The notes: a model not told the origin generated them from the sequence alone. A stretch of 64,000 bases of DNA from an uncultured Gammaproteobacteria bacterium (GCA_964512695.1 CAZEJU010000004.1:12656-76655), one strand, 5' to 3'. Shown: positions 40,556 through 51,457, counted from the first letter of the stretch. A program made the numbers and translations.

Positions 40556-40673
40556 ACAACCGCTTCTCCTTATAACTCTCTCCTCAAAGGATGATTCTGA
40601 CACATGTCGGGATATGTCAGGGCATAAGGTATGTAAATTCCTGCTAATATAACTTAGAAACTTCAACAATCTT

Positions 40674-40709
40674 ATAAGAAGAGGTAAGAGTTTTGCAAGA
40701 AGAACTAAG
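40674..40709 (-). promoter_or_regulatory. Repeat box upstream of DUF4112
   Basis: ATAAG/GTAAG/GCAAG/CTAAG at 40674/40684/40695/40705. Confidence 0.55.
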
Positions 40710-41880
40710 CAGCTCGAGCAGAAAATAGTTCCTGAATCACAGGAAAGTGTAATGGTTCTTGATTTCTCAACCATTGTTGCCTAGCCTCTTCTTCAGCTAA
40801 ATAGGCAGCTATACGCGCATCAACTACTAAATGAATAGCCCTTGCTCTTCTTTCTAAGGGTTGATATCGTGGCTTCAATCCAGGCATCCTTTTAAGATTT
40901 ATATCCTCCAAATCTTCCATCGGTCCAGCACCTGAATACGGTTGTGTACCAATTTTTGCAACAAGTTCTCCTCTTCTTATTGGTTCTCCCTCTACGACAT
41001 CTTCTTCCTCATCTGCTATATATACCGCCATTCTCCAGGTTTTTCTCATTAATTTTGCTCTTTCGGTTATAGGAAATCTATCAAGTACTGTATCTAATCT
41101 CTCATGAACACTAGCATGTGCGCCAAGAACCCTTCGTATTCTTTCGATGTTTGCCGGAAATAAAAGTTCATCTTCAGGAATTGGAAAAACAAAACCATAT
41201 ACCGGACGATCTTTTTCTTGAATTAGCCGTGCTCCATTTGCCATCAAATCCTGCTGTAGTAATATCTTACCTCTATTCAAATATCTTGGTAAAAGCCGAC
41301 GTTTTGCTTCTTGTTCTTTAAGAAGATGATCAAACCTCCATTCTTTCGTTTGAGGAATTAAATTGGATTTATCTATAACACTTACCCGCAAATGAGGTTT
41401 TGCAAGTGTTTTTGAGGGGTCTTTGCCATTTTGATCTCTCACCCACATACTATTATTTTCACGAAGCTTGACTGACATACCAGAATATTTATTCCGGGCT
41501 TCTTTAAGCAAGGCTATTCCACCTTGTAGGTACCTAAATTGCGTTAAGGGGCTATAATCCCAAATAATATCTGTACTAACATGTCCATCGCTGTCGGGTT
41601 GTAATCTATTCGATTCCGTTGCCCAAAAGAGAACATCGAGATCTCCGTATTGTCCAGGTGCTTCAGTATATGCAAATAAACTATGACGTTCAGGAGTAGC
41701 TACAGTGGTTATTACGTATTTATCACTTCCATAAAAAATATTCTTAATTTGTTCTACGGTGTTTTTACCACGGAGTTGCTCTTTCCTTGTTTCAGGCGCG
41801 TCACCTGGGTTAATTCCCCAGTCTGCGGCAGTTCTTAATTCATATCCATAAAATGACTCATTCAACATATTATTTGTCAA
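40705..41880 (-). CDS. Hypothetical protein (possible degenerate HIT-like motif)
   Basis: 391-aa open frame; SKTLAKPHLRVSV. Confidence 0.6.
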   Translation of the reverse strand: MTNNMLNESFYGYELRTAADWGINPGDAPETRKEQLRGKNTVEQIKNIFYGSDKYVITTVATPERHSLFAYTEAPGQYGDLDVLFWATESNRLQPDSDGHVSTDIIWDYSPLTQFRYLQGGIALLKEARNKYSGMSVKLRENNSMWVRDQNGKDPSKTLAKPHLRVSVIDKSNLIPQTKEWRFDHLLKEQEAKRRLLPRYLNRGKILLQQDLMANGARLIQEKDRPVYGFVFPIPEDELLFPANIERIRRVLGAHASVHERLDTVLDRFPITERAKLMRKTWRMAVYIADEEEDVVEGEPIRRGELVAKIGTQPYSGAGPMEDLEDINLKRMPGLKPRYQPLERRARAIHLVVDARIAAYLAEEEARQQWLRNQEPLHFPVIQELFSARAA

Positions 41881-42018
41881 ACAAATTCATTAAATGTCTT
41901 AACTTTTATTATATGTTGTATTGTATGTAATAAACTGGACAATATCTAGTCATCTTTTTCTACGGTAATCGTCAGGATGCTTACAGACGGAAAACATGGT
42001 ATAGTTTATCCTGTAAAC

Positions 42019-42636
42019 ATGAAACTGTCCAAACGTCAAAAAAACATTTTGTTAACAGCAATTTTTTTACTTATTTTTTTGTTAGTTAGTAATTCTCCTT
42101 TTGCTAACAAACAAATTACTACCTCACCCCAATCTTCTAGTGCGCCTACGAAAAAAACAATAGAAACTGTAAAAGGGGAAAAGATCAGCCAGCCACCAAA
42201 GCTCACTCTTAATCCTAATGAACAGACCGTATTAGTCACCAAAATTATTGATGGAGATACAATTATTATTGAAGGAGACCTAAAGCTCCGCTATATTGGT
42301 ATTGATACTCCTGAAACCCTAGACCCCAGGCGAAAAATACAATGTTTTGGAAAAGAGGCAAGTGCAAAGAATAAAAAGCTCGTACTCGGAAAACAAATCT
42401 ATATCGAAAAAGATGTTTCAGAAACAGATAGATTCGGAAGATTATTGCGGTACGTTTATAGTCTCAACGATCAAGGAGAGAAAATCATGGTAAACGAGCA
42501 GCTAGTAAAAGAAGGCTTTGCATACGCATCAGCATATCCACCAGATATTAAATATCAAAAAAAATTAGAAGAAGCTGAAGTAGAAGCACGAGAAAAACAA
42601 AGAGGATTATGGCATAAATGTAATGTAAAAAGTTAA
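42019..42636 (+). CDS. Thermonuclease (SNase) family, membrane-anchored
   Basis: IDGDT, RYIGIDTPE, DRFGRLLRYV. Confidence 0.93.
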   Translation: MKLSKRQKNILLTAIFLLIFLLVSNSPFANKQITTSPQSSSAPTKKTIETVKGEKISQPPKLTLNPNEQTVLVTKIIDGDTIIIEGDLKLRYIGIDTPETLDPRRKIQCFGKEASAKNKKLVLGKQIYIEKDVSETDRFGRLLRYVYSLNDQGEKIMVNEQLVKEGFAYASAYPPDIKYQKKLEEAEVEAREKQRGLWHKCNVKS

Positions 42637-42694
42637 AAAATAACGAGGAAAATATATTTTCTATTTAGTCTTTAATATTTGATATTATTACCCT

Positions 42695-45334
42695 ATGGAT
42701 CAATTTACTACCCCAATGATGAAGCAATATTTCGATATTAAAAAGGATTATCCTGATTGCCTTTTGTTCTATAGAATGGGCGACTTCTATGAACTTTTTT
42801 TGGAGGACGCATATATAGGAGCTAAGGTACTAGATATTACCTTAACAGGAAAATCTAATGGTAAAAACGAACGAATACCTATGGCAGGAGTACCCTACCA
42901 CGCTGTGGATAGTTATCTCCATAAATTGGTAAAAGCTGGATATAAAGTAGCAATTTGCGAACAAATGAGCCCTCCTTCTAAGTATGTCTTAGTAGAACTT
43001 GACTTCGTACTAATATTAACACCTGGCACGATTCTTGATGATAAAGCGCTTGAAAAAAATAGCAATAATTTTATCGTAAGTCTTTATATAGATAAAAAAA
43101 TAATAGGTATAAGTGCAGCTGATGTTTCTACAGGATACTTTCAGACGACAGAAATAGTGGCAGATAACTGTGAACAAACAATAAAAGACGAATTAGCTCG
43201 TTTACATCCTTCAGAATGCATACTTCCTCCCGAAATTTACAATAATCCTGAAATTCTTACAATTTTAAAAAATGAAAGAGGAATGAATATATACTGCTTT
43301 CATGAGTGGAGTACGTTTAGTAATCAAGCAGAAAGTTACATCAAACGGCATTTTAATATGATGAATCTTGGGGCTTTTAATTTAGTTAATAAACATATTG
43401 CACAAGCTACTACTGCAGCACTTCTGGGATATCTTCACCAAACACAAAAAACTGCAGCAAGTCATATTAAAAAAATCTTCTATATTTCTTCAGAGAAGTA
43501 CATGCAACTTGATAAAGCTACGGTAATTAATCTAGAGTTATTTTCAACAATACGTGAACATGATCTGAAAGGATCACTGTTATCCATCTTCGATCACACT
43601 ACTACTAGTATGGGGGGAAGATTACTAAAAGACTGGTTAAGAAAACCTCTTCTTGATAAGGATAAAATTCAATACCGTCAAGATTGTGTTGAGATATTAA
43701 TAGATGAAAAGCAAAAAAGAGAACGTATTATAGAATTATTAAAAGAAGTTGTTGATATAGAACGTTTACTGTCGAGACTAACACTTGGATTAGGTAACCC
43801 GTATGATCTAAATAGGCTGAAAGATTCATTAAAAATTATTATTGATGTAAAACAAGAACTTAGCCAATTTACTTCTCCTCTTTTTTTATCCCTTCAAAGT
43901 ACTATTTCAGATAATTTACAATCTGTTATTGCGGAAATATCTCGTATCATTAAAGAAAATCCCGGCATCGATATAAAAGGTGGTAATATCATCAATGAAG
44001 GGATAGCTGAAGATTTGGACAAATTACGTAAACGAGTTGTTCATAGCCGGACTTGGATAACAGAACTCGAAAAGCAAGAGCGTGAACGGACAGGTATTTC
44101 TTCTTTAAAAGTACGGTATAACAAAGTATTTGGTTTTTATATTGAAATTAGTAAAGCTAATCTTTCTTCTACCCCTGCTGACTATATACGTAAACAAACT
44201 CTTGTCAATGGAGAAAGATTTATAACTCCTGATTTAAAAAAGCATGAAGAGATAATTCTTAACACAGAAGATGAAATAAACAAAAAAGAGTATCTCTTAT
44301 TTCAAAAAATAATCGACTATACTCTCTCATACACAAAAGAACTTCAGGATGCTGCATATGCTATCGCAGTACTAGATTGCTTGACAAACTTCGCCTACAT
44401 AGCAGAAAAGAATAGTTATATAAAACCACAACTTATTGACACAGGAGAGATTCATATAAAACAAGGTCGACATCCTGTTGTAGAGAAACTACTGGATGAA
44501 GAGAACCAGTTTGTCCCTAATGATATTACCCTTAACCACGACAATCAACAAATTCTCCTAATTACAGGACCAAATATGGCAGGGAAATCAGTATTAATAC
44601 GTCAAGTTGCTCTCATTATTCTCATGAATCAAATTGGTTCTTTCGTACCCGCAGAAAAAGCAACGCTTAGTTTAGTTGATCGTATTTTCGTTCGTTCCGG
44701 AGCTTCAGACGTTATTACTTCTGGTCTCTCGACATTTATGGTAGAGATGGTAGAAACAGCATATATTCTTCATCATGCAACAAAAAACAGTCTCATTATT
44801 ATGGACGAAATCGGACGAGGTACGAGTACATATGACGGTATGAGTATCGCATGGGCTGTTGCTGAGTATCTCGCAATCAATAACACTATAACTCCTAAAA
44901 CATTATTCGCAACACATTACCATGAATTACAAGCATTAGAACAAGAATATCAAGGAAGAATTGTTAATTTCCAAATGGATGTCATAGAAGAAAATAATCA
45001 ACCCATTTTTTTACACTCTCTCCAACCGGGAGGCGCTTCAAGCAGTTACGGCATAGCTGTTGCCAAAATGGCAGGTATTCCGGATCTAGTAATAAAAAGA
45101 GCCAAAGAAAAACTAGCTGAGATGGAAAATAAAAATACACAATATGCAAATGCAATGTACACGCCAAGTGTTGAACAAACTATTAGCATTATAGAACACG
45201 TAATAACTGATGAAATACTAAATGTAGATCTTCATCAAATGACGCCACTTGATGCTTTAAATTATTTGGCAGGTTTAAAAGAAAAATTACGAATTATTCC
45301 AACATCAAAGATTTCTTCTCTTGACATTGACTGA
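42695..45334 (+). CDS. mutS: DNA mismatch repair protein MutS
   Basis: TPMMKQY, GDFYELF, TGPNMAGKS, STFMVEM, DEIGRGTST. Confidence 0.97.
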   Translation: MDQFTTPMMKQYFDIKKDYPDCLLFYRMGDFYELFLEDAYIGAKVLDITLTGKSNGKNERIPMAGVPYHAVDSYLHKLVKAGYKVAICEQMSPPSKYVLVELDFVLILTPGTILDDKALEKNSNNFIVSLYIDKKIIGISAADVSTGYFQTTEIVADNCEQTIKDELARLHPSECILPPEIYNNPEILTILKNERGMNIYCFHEWSTFSNQAESYIKRHFNMMNLGAFNLVNKHIAQATTAALLGYLHQTQKTAASHIKKIFYISSEKYMQLDKATVINLELFSTIREHDLKGSLLSIFDHTTTSMGGRLLKDWLRKPLLDKDKIQYRQDCVEILIDEKQKRERIIELLKEVVDIERLLSRLTLGLGNPYDLNRLKDSLKIIIDVKQELSQFTSPLFLSLQSTISDNLQSVIAEISRIIKENPGIDIKGGNIINEGIAEDLDKLRKRVVHSRTWITELEKQERERTGISSLKVRYNKVFGFYIEISKANLSSTPADYIRKQTLVNGERFITPDLKKHEEIILNTEDEINKKEYLLFQKIIDYTLSYTKELQDAAYAIAVLDCLTNFAYIAEKNSYIKPQLIDTGEIHIKQGRHPVVEKLLDEENQFVPNDITLNHDNQQILLITGPNMAGKSVLIRQVALIILMNQIGSFVPAEKATLSLVDRIFVRSGASDVITSGLSTFMVEMVETAYILHHATKNSLIIMDEIGRGTSTYDGMSIAWAVAEYLAINNTITPKTLFATHYHELQALEQEYQGRIVNFQMDVIEENNQPIFLHSLQPGGASSSYGIAVAKMAGIPDLVIKRAKEKLAEMENKNTQYANAMYTPSVEQTISIIEHVITDEILNVDLHQMTPLDALNYLAGLKEKLRIIPTSKISSLDID

Positions 45335-45380
45335 TATTGAATATATCTCTTTCACTGCTGTATGATGTATAAACTTTCTC

Positions 45381-47060
45381 ATGAGAAAAATTCACAAACT
45401 TCCTGATCATATCGTTGCACAAATCGCTGCTGGAGAAGTCATAGAAAGACCTGCATATGCATTGAAAGAACTACTGGAAAATGCTGTAGATGCGAAAGCA
45501 GATAGAATCCAAGTTTACCTTGAAAACGCAGGCTTAAAGAAAATTATGGTCATCGATAACGGTGAAGGTATGAATTATGAAGATATCCAAGAGTCTTTTA
45601 AACACCACACTACCAGTAAACTCCATAAAGAGCTTATCGGAATTAAATCACTTGGGTTTAGAGGTGAAGCACTTTCGAGCATTGCAGCGATAAGTAATTT
45701 CACGATAAAAAGTAAACAAAAAGAATCTTCTTCAGGTAATGTTATTTTCATCCGTAATGGTAAAGTCGAATATTTTTCACCTTTAGGAATGCCACATGGA
45801 ACAACAGTTATGGCAGAACATCTGTTCTTCTCTTTTCCCGCTAGAAAAAAGTTTTTAAGAAGCAATCGTACAGAAATGCGATACAACACAGATGTTTTCT
45901 TAAAGATGGTTTTAGACTATCCTACAATCCATTTTTCCTTCATTCATAATAAACGACTTCTTTTTGACTTTCCGAAGACAAATGAAGAAACTGAAAGAGT
46001 TAAAAGTATTTTAGGTAACGATATTTTTTCTCAACTCATACCAGTCCAATATAACGACGGTTACATAGAAATTAAAGGGTTTATCTCCAAACCAAACATC
46101 ATCAATATAAATACGTACAAACAATATTTATCTGTGAATGGCCGACAGATAAATGATAAAAAAATTAGCCAAATAATAAAAGACTCTTATGAAGGACTGC
46201 TAGATGCCCAAGCTTATCCCATATTCGTTCTGCAATTGACTATTCCTCATGAGTCAGTTGATGTGAATGTACATCCTAGAAAAGAAGAAATTGCTTTTTT
46301 GAATGAAGAGGAACTATATAAAACAATTGGAACTACTATTAAAAAAAGCTTACAGACTTCCAACTTAACGCAAACAGCAAGTTTTCTTCTTAATACCTCC
46401 AATAATATGCCCTATCATGCCACTGGTGTACTACGTGATGAATTAGCGTCGTGGGATTGGCTGAATATAACGAAAATTCTGCCTTCTTCGGCTATTATAC
46501 AGATACATAAAACATATATTTTAACCCAAACGTATACTGGTTTTTTGTTAATAGATCAACACGCTGCACACGAAAGAATTCTTTACGAAGAGCTAAAAAA
46601 AACATTTTTAAAAAAGAAAGAAAAATCGTTCACTCATGCATTAAAAAACCCACTCACTATAGAAATGACTTTTGAAGATTTAAATATTGTTATGGAAAGT
46701 AGGCAGAAATTGGGGAGATTTGGATTTATAGTAGAAGAATTCGGTACGAATACTCTAAGAATAACTCATATACCTGAATTGTTTAAAGATCATAATCTTA
46801 AAAAATTATTCTTTGAAATAGTTTCTACGTTTCAGAAAAATCGACTGACGAATATCGATTCGCAAAGCGAAGTAATGTTACAGTTTCTAGCATGTAGAAG
46901 TGCTATCAAAGCAGGAGACATTCTTAGCACAAAACAATGTAAACAATTAATTGATCAGTTAGAAAAAACTCCAAATAATTATACTTGTCCGCATGGTCGT
47001 CCGACGAAATCAGAATTCTCATTGAGAAATCTCCACAAGCTTTTTAAGCGAATCTCATAA
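45381..47060 (+). CDS. mutL: DNA mismatch repair protein MutL
   Basis: IAAGEVIERP, GFRGEAL, DQHAAHER, CPHGRP. Confidence 0.97.
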   Translation: MRKIHKLPDHIVAQIAAGEVIERPAYALKELLENAVDAKADRIQVYLENAGLKKIMVIDNGEGMNYEDIQESFKHHTTSKLHKELIGIKSLGFRGEALSSIAAISNFTIKSKQKESSSGNVIFIRNGKVEYFSPLGMPHGTTVMAEHLFFSFPARKKFLRSNRTEMRYNTDVFLKMVLDYPTIHFSFIHNKRLLFDFPKTNEETERVKSILGNDIFSQLIPVQYNDGYIEIKGFISKPNIININTYKQYLSVNGRQINDKKISQIIKDSYEGLLDAQAYPIFVLQLTIPHESVDVNVHPRKEEIAFLNEEELYKTIGTTIKKSLQTSNLTQTASFLLNTSNNMPYHATGVLRDELASWDWLNITKILPSSAIIQIHKTYILTQTYTGFLLIDQHAAHERILYEELKKTFLKKKEKSFTHALKNPLTIEMTFEDLNIVMESRQKLGRFGFIVEEFGTNTLRITHIPELFKDHNLKKLFFEIVSTFQKNRLTNIDSQSEVMLQFLACRSAIKAGDILSTKQCKQLIDQLEKTPNNYTCPHGRPTKSEFSLRNLHKLFKRIS

Positions 47061-47098
47061 ATAAACACGGCTGTTAAAATTCACTGTAAAGCCCTATT

Positions 47099-48205
47099 TC
47101 AACTCAACGTTTTTTCTATGGCCTGGTATAAATCTCTTATTCCCTCGTCCTTTTTTACTGATATCGCTATTGGTGTATATTCTTTATAGTCATCTAATAG
47201 TTTTACTCTTTCTTCATCGGGTAACAAATCTATTTTATTAAAAACGTATAGTTTCTTTTTATCCTGTAACTTCATGTCTGATAGAATACTATTCACAATA
47301 GAAATTTTTTCATGCTTATTCTTATCAGATGCATCTATCACATGCAGTAAAATATCAGAAGTTATTGTTTCGAGAAATGTTGATCGAAATGCATCGATAA
47401 GATTTGCGGGTAAATTACGAATAAAACCTATTGTATCTGATACGAGAATTTCTTTGTTTGTAGTAGGTAATCTAACCTTACCTACAGCACTATCTAATGT
47501 AACAAACAACGCATTCTCTACATGTTTATCTTTCCCTGTTAGATGATTAAAAAGAGATGTCTTTCCTGCATTTGTATAGCCAATAAAGGAAATTGTCCGC
47601 AGTCCAATTCTCTGTCTTCTTAACAATTGTCTTTTTCTATCATCAGATAATTTAACTAATTTATCTTTTATTTTTTTCATTTGTTCTCTCCAATGCCGTT
47701 TCATTAACTCTGTGTTCGTTTCACCTATTCCTCGCGTTCCAATTCCACCAGTCTGCCTGGAAAGAACCATCCCCATGCCATAAATACGAGGCCCCATGTG
47801 TCGCATGGCAGCAAGTTCAATCTGTAATTTTGCTTCTGTAGTATGTGCGTGTTTAGAAAAAATCTGAAGAATTAAGTCTACGCGATCCCAAACATGAATA
47901 TGAGGATTACTTTTTATAAATAGTTTTTTCATCTCATAAATATGACCAGGCTTTACTATAGCATTTAAAACAACGATATCAATTTTTTTCTCATGAATAA
48001 TTCTAACAGCTTCGTGCATTTTACCTTTACCGATGTAACTACCTTTGTCGTGTATTTCACGTCGCTGGATCAGCAGTTCAGCTAATTCCGCGTTATATGT
48101 CTCAAGAAGTTCCTTAACTTCTTGAAGCTCTTCTAAAGCGAGTTCATCAGGCAGTGCTTTAGGAAGAATACTGATCAGAAGACATTGTGGGTGTATTTTC
48201 TGCAT
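47099..48205 (-). CDS. hflX: GTPase HflX
   Basis: EAKLQIELA, GYTNAGKTS, LF.TLD, DTIGFI, NKID. Confidence 0.95.
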   Translation of the reverse strand: MQKIHPQCLLISILPKALPDELALEELQEVKELLETYNAELAELLIQRREIHDKGSYIGKGKMHEAVRIIHEKKIDIVVLNAIVKPGHIYEMKKLFIKSNPHIHVWDRVDLILQIFSKHAHTTEAKLQIELAAMRHMGPRIYGMGMVLSRQTGGIGTRGIGETNTELMKRHWREQMKKIKDKLVKLSDDRKRQLLRRQRIGLRTISFIGYTNAGKTSLFNHLTGKDKHVENALFVTLDSAVGKVRLPTTNKEILVSDTIGFIRNLPANLIDAFRSTFLETITSDILLHVIDASDKNKHEKISIVNSILSDMKLQDKKKLYVFNKIDLLPDEERVKLLDDYKEYTPIAISVKKDEGIRDLYQAIEKTLS

Positions 48206-48256
48206 GTCTAGTAGTTATCACGTATAATACAGAAAATATCTATTAAGAATCAATCT

Positions 48257-48763
48257 ATGTTTATAGAACTACTCAGTGTAATAATCCCTATTGCTTTCAT
48301 AATCCTAATGATGGGACTTATTTTTTATATACAAGGTCCTCCGTATGTTCAAACGGACGATAAAACAGTTGCTATATTTTTAGAATATATCCGGAAACAT
48401 AAGAAAAAAAATATTATAGATCTTGGATCGGGCGATGGTAAATTACTTATAGCAATTGCTCATGCCGGCTTTAAGGTAACAGGTATAGAAATTAATCCTC
48501 TACTTGTTTTTAAGTCAAGACAACTAATTAAAAAGCATAAATTAAACAAAAAAGCCAAAGTAATCTGGGGAAGTTTCTGGAACATAGACCTTTCAAGCTA
48601 TGACTGTGTAGTAGTTTATGGTATTAAACATATAATGAAAAGGTTAGGTAATAAAATGACAAAAGAACTACCCTCTAAGGCACTCATACTAACTAATTAT
48701 TTTATATTTCCTCAATGGAAAGAATATGAGAGGAAAGGAAAAGTTAGAATATATTATAAATAA
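48257..48763 (+). CDS. SAM-dependent methyltransferase with N-terminal TM
   Basis: GPPYV, IDLGSGDG, GIEINP. Confidence 0.85.
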   Translation: MFIELLSVIIPIAFIILMMGLIFYIQGPPYVQTDDKTVAIFLEYIRKHKKKNIIDLGSGDGKLLIAIAHAGFKVTGIEINPLLVFKSRQLIKKHKLNKKAKVIWGSFWNIDLSSYDCVVVYGIKHIMKRLGNKMTKELPSKALILTNYFIFPQWKEYERKGKVRIYYK

Positions 48764-48769
48764 TTCAGT

Positions 48770-49993
48770 TTATAAATATTGTTGTACTGAAGCTTCGGCA
48801 ACATCGTGGAATTTTACTACTCCTAACATGTGTCGGTCATTATCCGTAACAGGCAAGATACTGAGTTTATATCTGATCATTCTTTTTAAAACTATTTCTT
48901 GAGGAGTACTTAAATGAACAACAACAATATTCTGCTTCATTATATTTAATAATGGCGTGTCTGAAGGATTTGTAACAAGATCTACAGCTTTTATTACCCC
49001 TATAAGCTGGGATGCATCATTTAGAGTATAAATATAGGGTAATATGGAATGAAATCCTCTATCTTGTTTTATAACTTCGATCGCTTGCTTTACTCTAAAC
49101 TTTGATGATATTGTGAGATAATCTGTAGATATTAAAGCTCCTATAGGAGTTTTCGAAAGCTTAATGAGATCTTGAAGCTGTTTTCTCTTTTCGGGAGATA
49201 AACTTGAAAGAATATTGTTTCTTTTTTCTCGAGTTAATGTAAGAAGAATATCTACAGCTTCATCAGGATCAATTAACTCTATTAATTTAGCGGATTTTTC
49301 AGAGGAGAATTTTCGAAATAATGCAGCCTGATAACTAGTATTAAGATCATTAATAACCTCTACTGCGTGATCCTCATCAAGATTATTTAATATTCTACGT
49401 ACATTTTTAATAGTAGTTTTTTCCAAATAGTCAGCAAGGTCTTCAGGATGCATTCGCTCCATTTTCTCTAACGCATTCTTTAACTGCACTTTTCCTCGGG
49501 AAAGTTCAAGTGGCTGAATATCAGCCCAAGATAAAAAATGAGGATGAGACTCAAAACGGAAAAATGTGTACAGAGGTCTAAAAAAGTTTTCCATACCTAA
49601 TCTTCTTAAGATACCTCTCAGTCCTATATCAACGCCTGATACATAATGAAGAGGCTTTTCAGCCCCTTTTCCGTCTATTGTAATGTCATTTACACGAATG
49701 ACCTTGTGACCTTCTACATCAATAATTTGCTTATCAAGCAAGTTCCTTATAATCGATAATTCATTATCATTTATCTCGGTATTTCTATAGTCTTTAGAAA
49801 TAGTTATCACACTGTTTACTTTTTTAATAGTGTCGATTGGTATTGTTAAAAAAATATTATTAGTTTGTTTAATCGAAAGTTTTGTTATAAGGGGTGTTTC
49901 TGAGGCGAGAAAATACAGGTCATCTAATGTGCCCACAAGTCGTTTATCTTCAGTCACTACTTTTTTATTCTTCAACAAAGAAAAATATAACAT
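48770..49993 (-). CDS. PRC-barrel + MgtE intracellular N-domain + CBS protein
   Basis: LLDKQIIDVEG.KV.RVND, HPEDLAD, CBS pair. Confidence 0.85.
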   Translation of the reverse strand: MLYFSLLKNKKVVTEDKRLVGTLDDLYFLASETPLITKLSIKQTNNIFLTIPIDTIKKVNSVITISKDYRNTEINDNELSIIRNLLDKQIIDVEGHKVIRVNDITIDGKGAEKPLHYVSGVDIGLRGILRRLGMENFFRPLYTFFRFESHPHFLSWADIQPLELSRGKVQLKNALEKMERMHPEDLADYLEKTTIKNVRRILNNLDEDHAVEVINDLNTSYQAALFRKFSSEKSAKLIELIDPDEAVDILLTLTREKRNNILSSLSPEKRKQLQDLIKLSKTPIGALISTDYLTISSKFRVKQAIEVIKQDRGFHSILPYIYTLNDASQLIGVIKAVDLVTNPSDTPLLNIMKQNIVVVHLSTPQEIVLKRMIRYKLSILPVTDNDRHMLGVVKFHDVAEASVQQYL

Positions 49994-50168
49994 GCAGGTA
50001 TATATTTTAGTAAACAGTAAAGGAAGAATAACTTAGGAATAATAATTTCTAGCAGATGTTACAAAATAAAAAAATAGTGTTTTTGCTTCCCAATGCCAGT
50101 TCTCCTTTATGCTTTATACCAGCATTCTAAGCCTTCTATCCAGGTTTTGTCAATAATACTCATCAATT

Positions 50169-51410
50169 CTAAAACTTGTAGAGACTTGCTAAAACTGCAA
50201 TTATAGTCGCTATAACTATAAAAACTGAAGCGCTAATTGAAAGAATATTATACAGCCTGCTGTTAATGTGTCTACCTAAAAGGTCCGGGTTATTGGCAAA
50301 TTTAATAAGGAAAAAGAAAAAGATAGGAAGTAAGATTGCGTTTAATGACTGAGTATAAACTACTATACTAAATAGTGGAAAATATGGAGTTAGTACTAAA
50401 AATCCAGAAAGAAGAAGGTTGACTAAAAATATAGTATAAAATGTTCGACTTTTTTTATAAGGTTCATCTAAAGAACCTGTAAAACCGAAAAATTCTGAGA
50501 ATGCGTAGGCAGAAGATAGAGAAACTATTATCATACCAATGATAGCAGCGTTCACTAAACCTACACCAAATAATATACTCGCTAACTCACCTGCAAAAGG
50601 TTTAATTGCTAATGCTGCTTGTTCTCCAGAAGTGAGTGGAATTTTATGAATGAAAAGTGTAGCTGCAGTGGCAATTATTATAAAAAATGTAAAAAAATTA
50701 GATACAAAGGCACCTAAATATGCTTCAATTCTAGAAAATCCTACTTTCTCTATTGGAACATTTTTATCTTTCATATAGCTTTGAACAAAAAATTGTCCCC
50801 AAGGCGTAATTGTCGTACCTAATACAGCTATTGCAGTTACTAGGTATTCTTTTGTAAAAAGACTCTGAGTAGGAATAAACAAATGCTGGAAGGTTTTACC
50901 CCAATCAGGATTCCCTTTAACCGCTGAGAATACATATGCGAAATAAAAAACTATTCCACTTAGAAAAATGTTCTGGCTTTTTTCATAACTTGAAACAGCT
51001 ACCAGAAGAAACGAAACTGTTATAGCCATAATGATAAAAGGTAACGGTGGAATCCCTAAAAGTTCGCTTGAAGTTTTTACAGCAGCTACATTTGTAATAA
51101 TCGAACCAAAATTTGCAATACTCAGAAGTAAAAAAATAGTTAACGAAGTTTTTATACCAAATCGTTCGCGAATGAGATCTCCTAAACCTTTTCCAGTCAC
51201 AATGGCAATTCTACTACCCATTTCTTGCGTTATTGCGTATAAAATAGTTAACAATGGAAGCGTAAGAAGAGCAGCGTAACCAAGTTTAGCACCAGCAACT
51301 GAATACGTTATGACACCTCCACCATCGTTGCCTGCCATTGTCGTAATAACAGATGGTCCTAACACGGATAAAAAAATAATAAATTTATTAAAAAAGCGAT
51401 TTTTTGCCAC
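50169..51410 (-). CDS. NRAMP-like divalent metal transporter
   Basis: GNDGGG..TYS.AGA, QEM, LGTTITPW. Confidence 0.88.
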   Translation of the reverse strand: MAKNRFFNKFIIFLSVLGPSVITTMAGNDGGGVITYSVAGAKLGYAALLTLPLLTILYAITQEMGSRIAIVTGKGLGDLIRERFGIKTSLTIFLLLSIANFGSIITNVAAVKTSSELLGIPPLPFIIMAITVSFLLVAVSSYEKSQNIFLSGIVFYFAYVFSAVKGNPDWGKTFQHLFIPTQSLFTKEYLVTAIAVLGTTITPWGQFFVQSYMKDKNVPIEKVGFSRIEAYLGAFVSNFFTFFIIIATAATLFIHKIPLTSGEQAALAIKPFAGELASILFGVGLVNAAIIGMIIVSLSSAYAFSEFFGFTGSLDEPYKKSRTFYTIFLVNLLLSGFLVLTPYFPLFSIVVYTQSLNAILLPIFFFFLIKFANNPDLLGRHINSRLYNILSISASVFIVIATIIAVLASLYKF

Positions 51411-51457
51411 GTTTACAATATATTATACTAGAATATTAAACTTATAGTAAGATGTTC

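Noticed and set aside
40556-40774. Long N-terminal extension of DUF4112 (and similar ones for KGG, YtxH, MazG and HD in the ORF track)
   Set aside because: Downstream ATGs have SD or -10 context or family-typical starts; the extensions overlap promoters or neighbouring genes.
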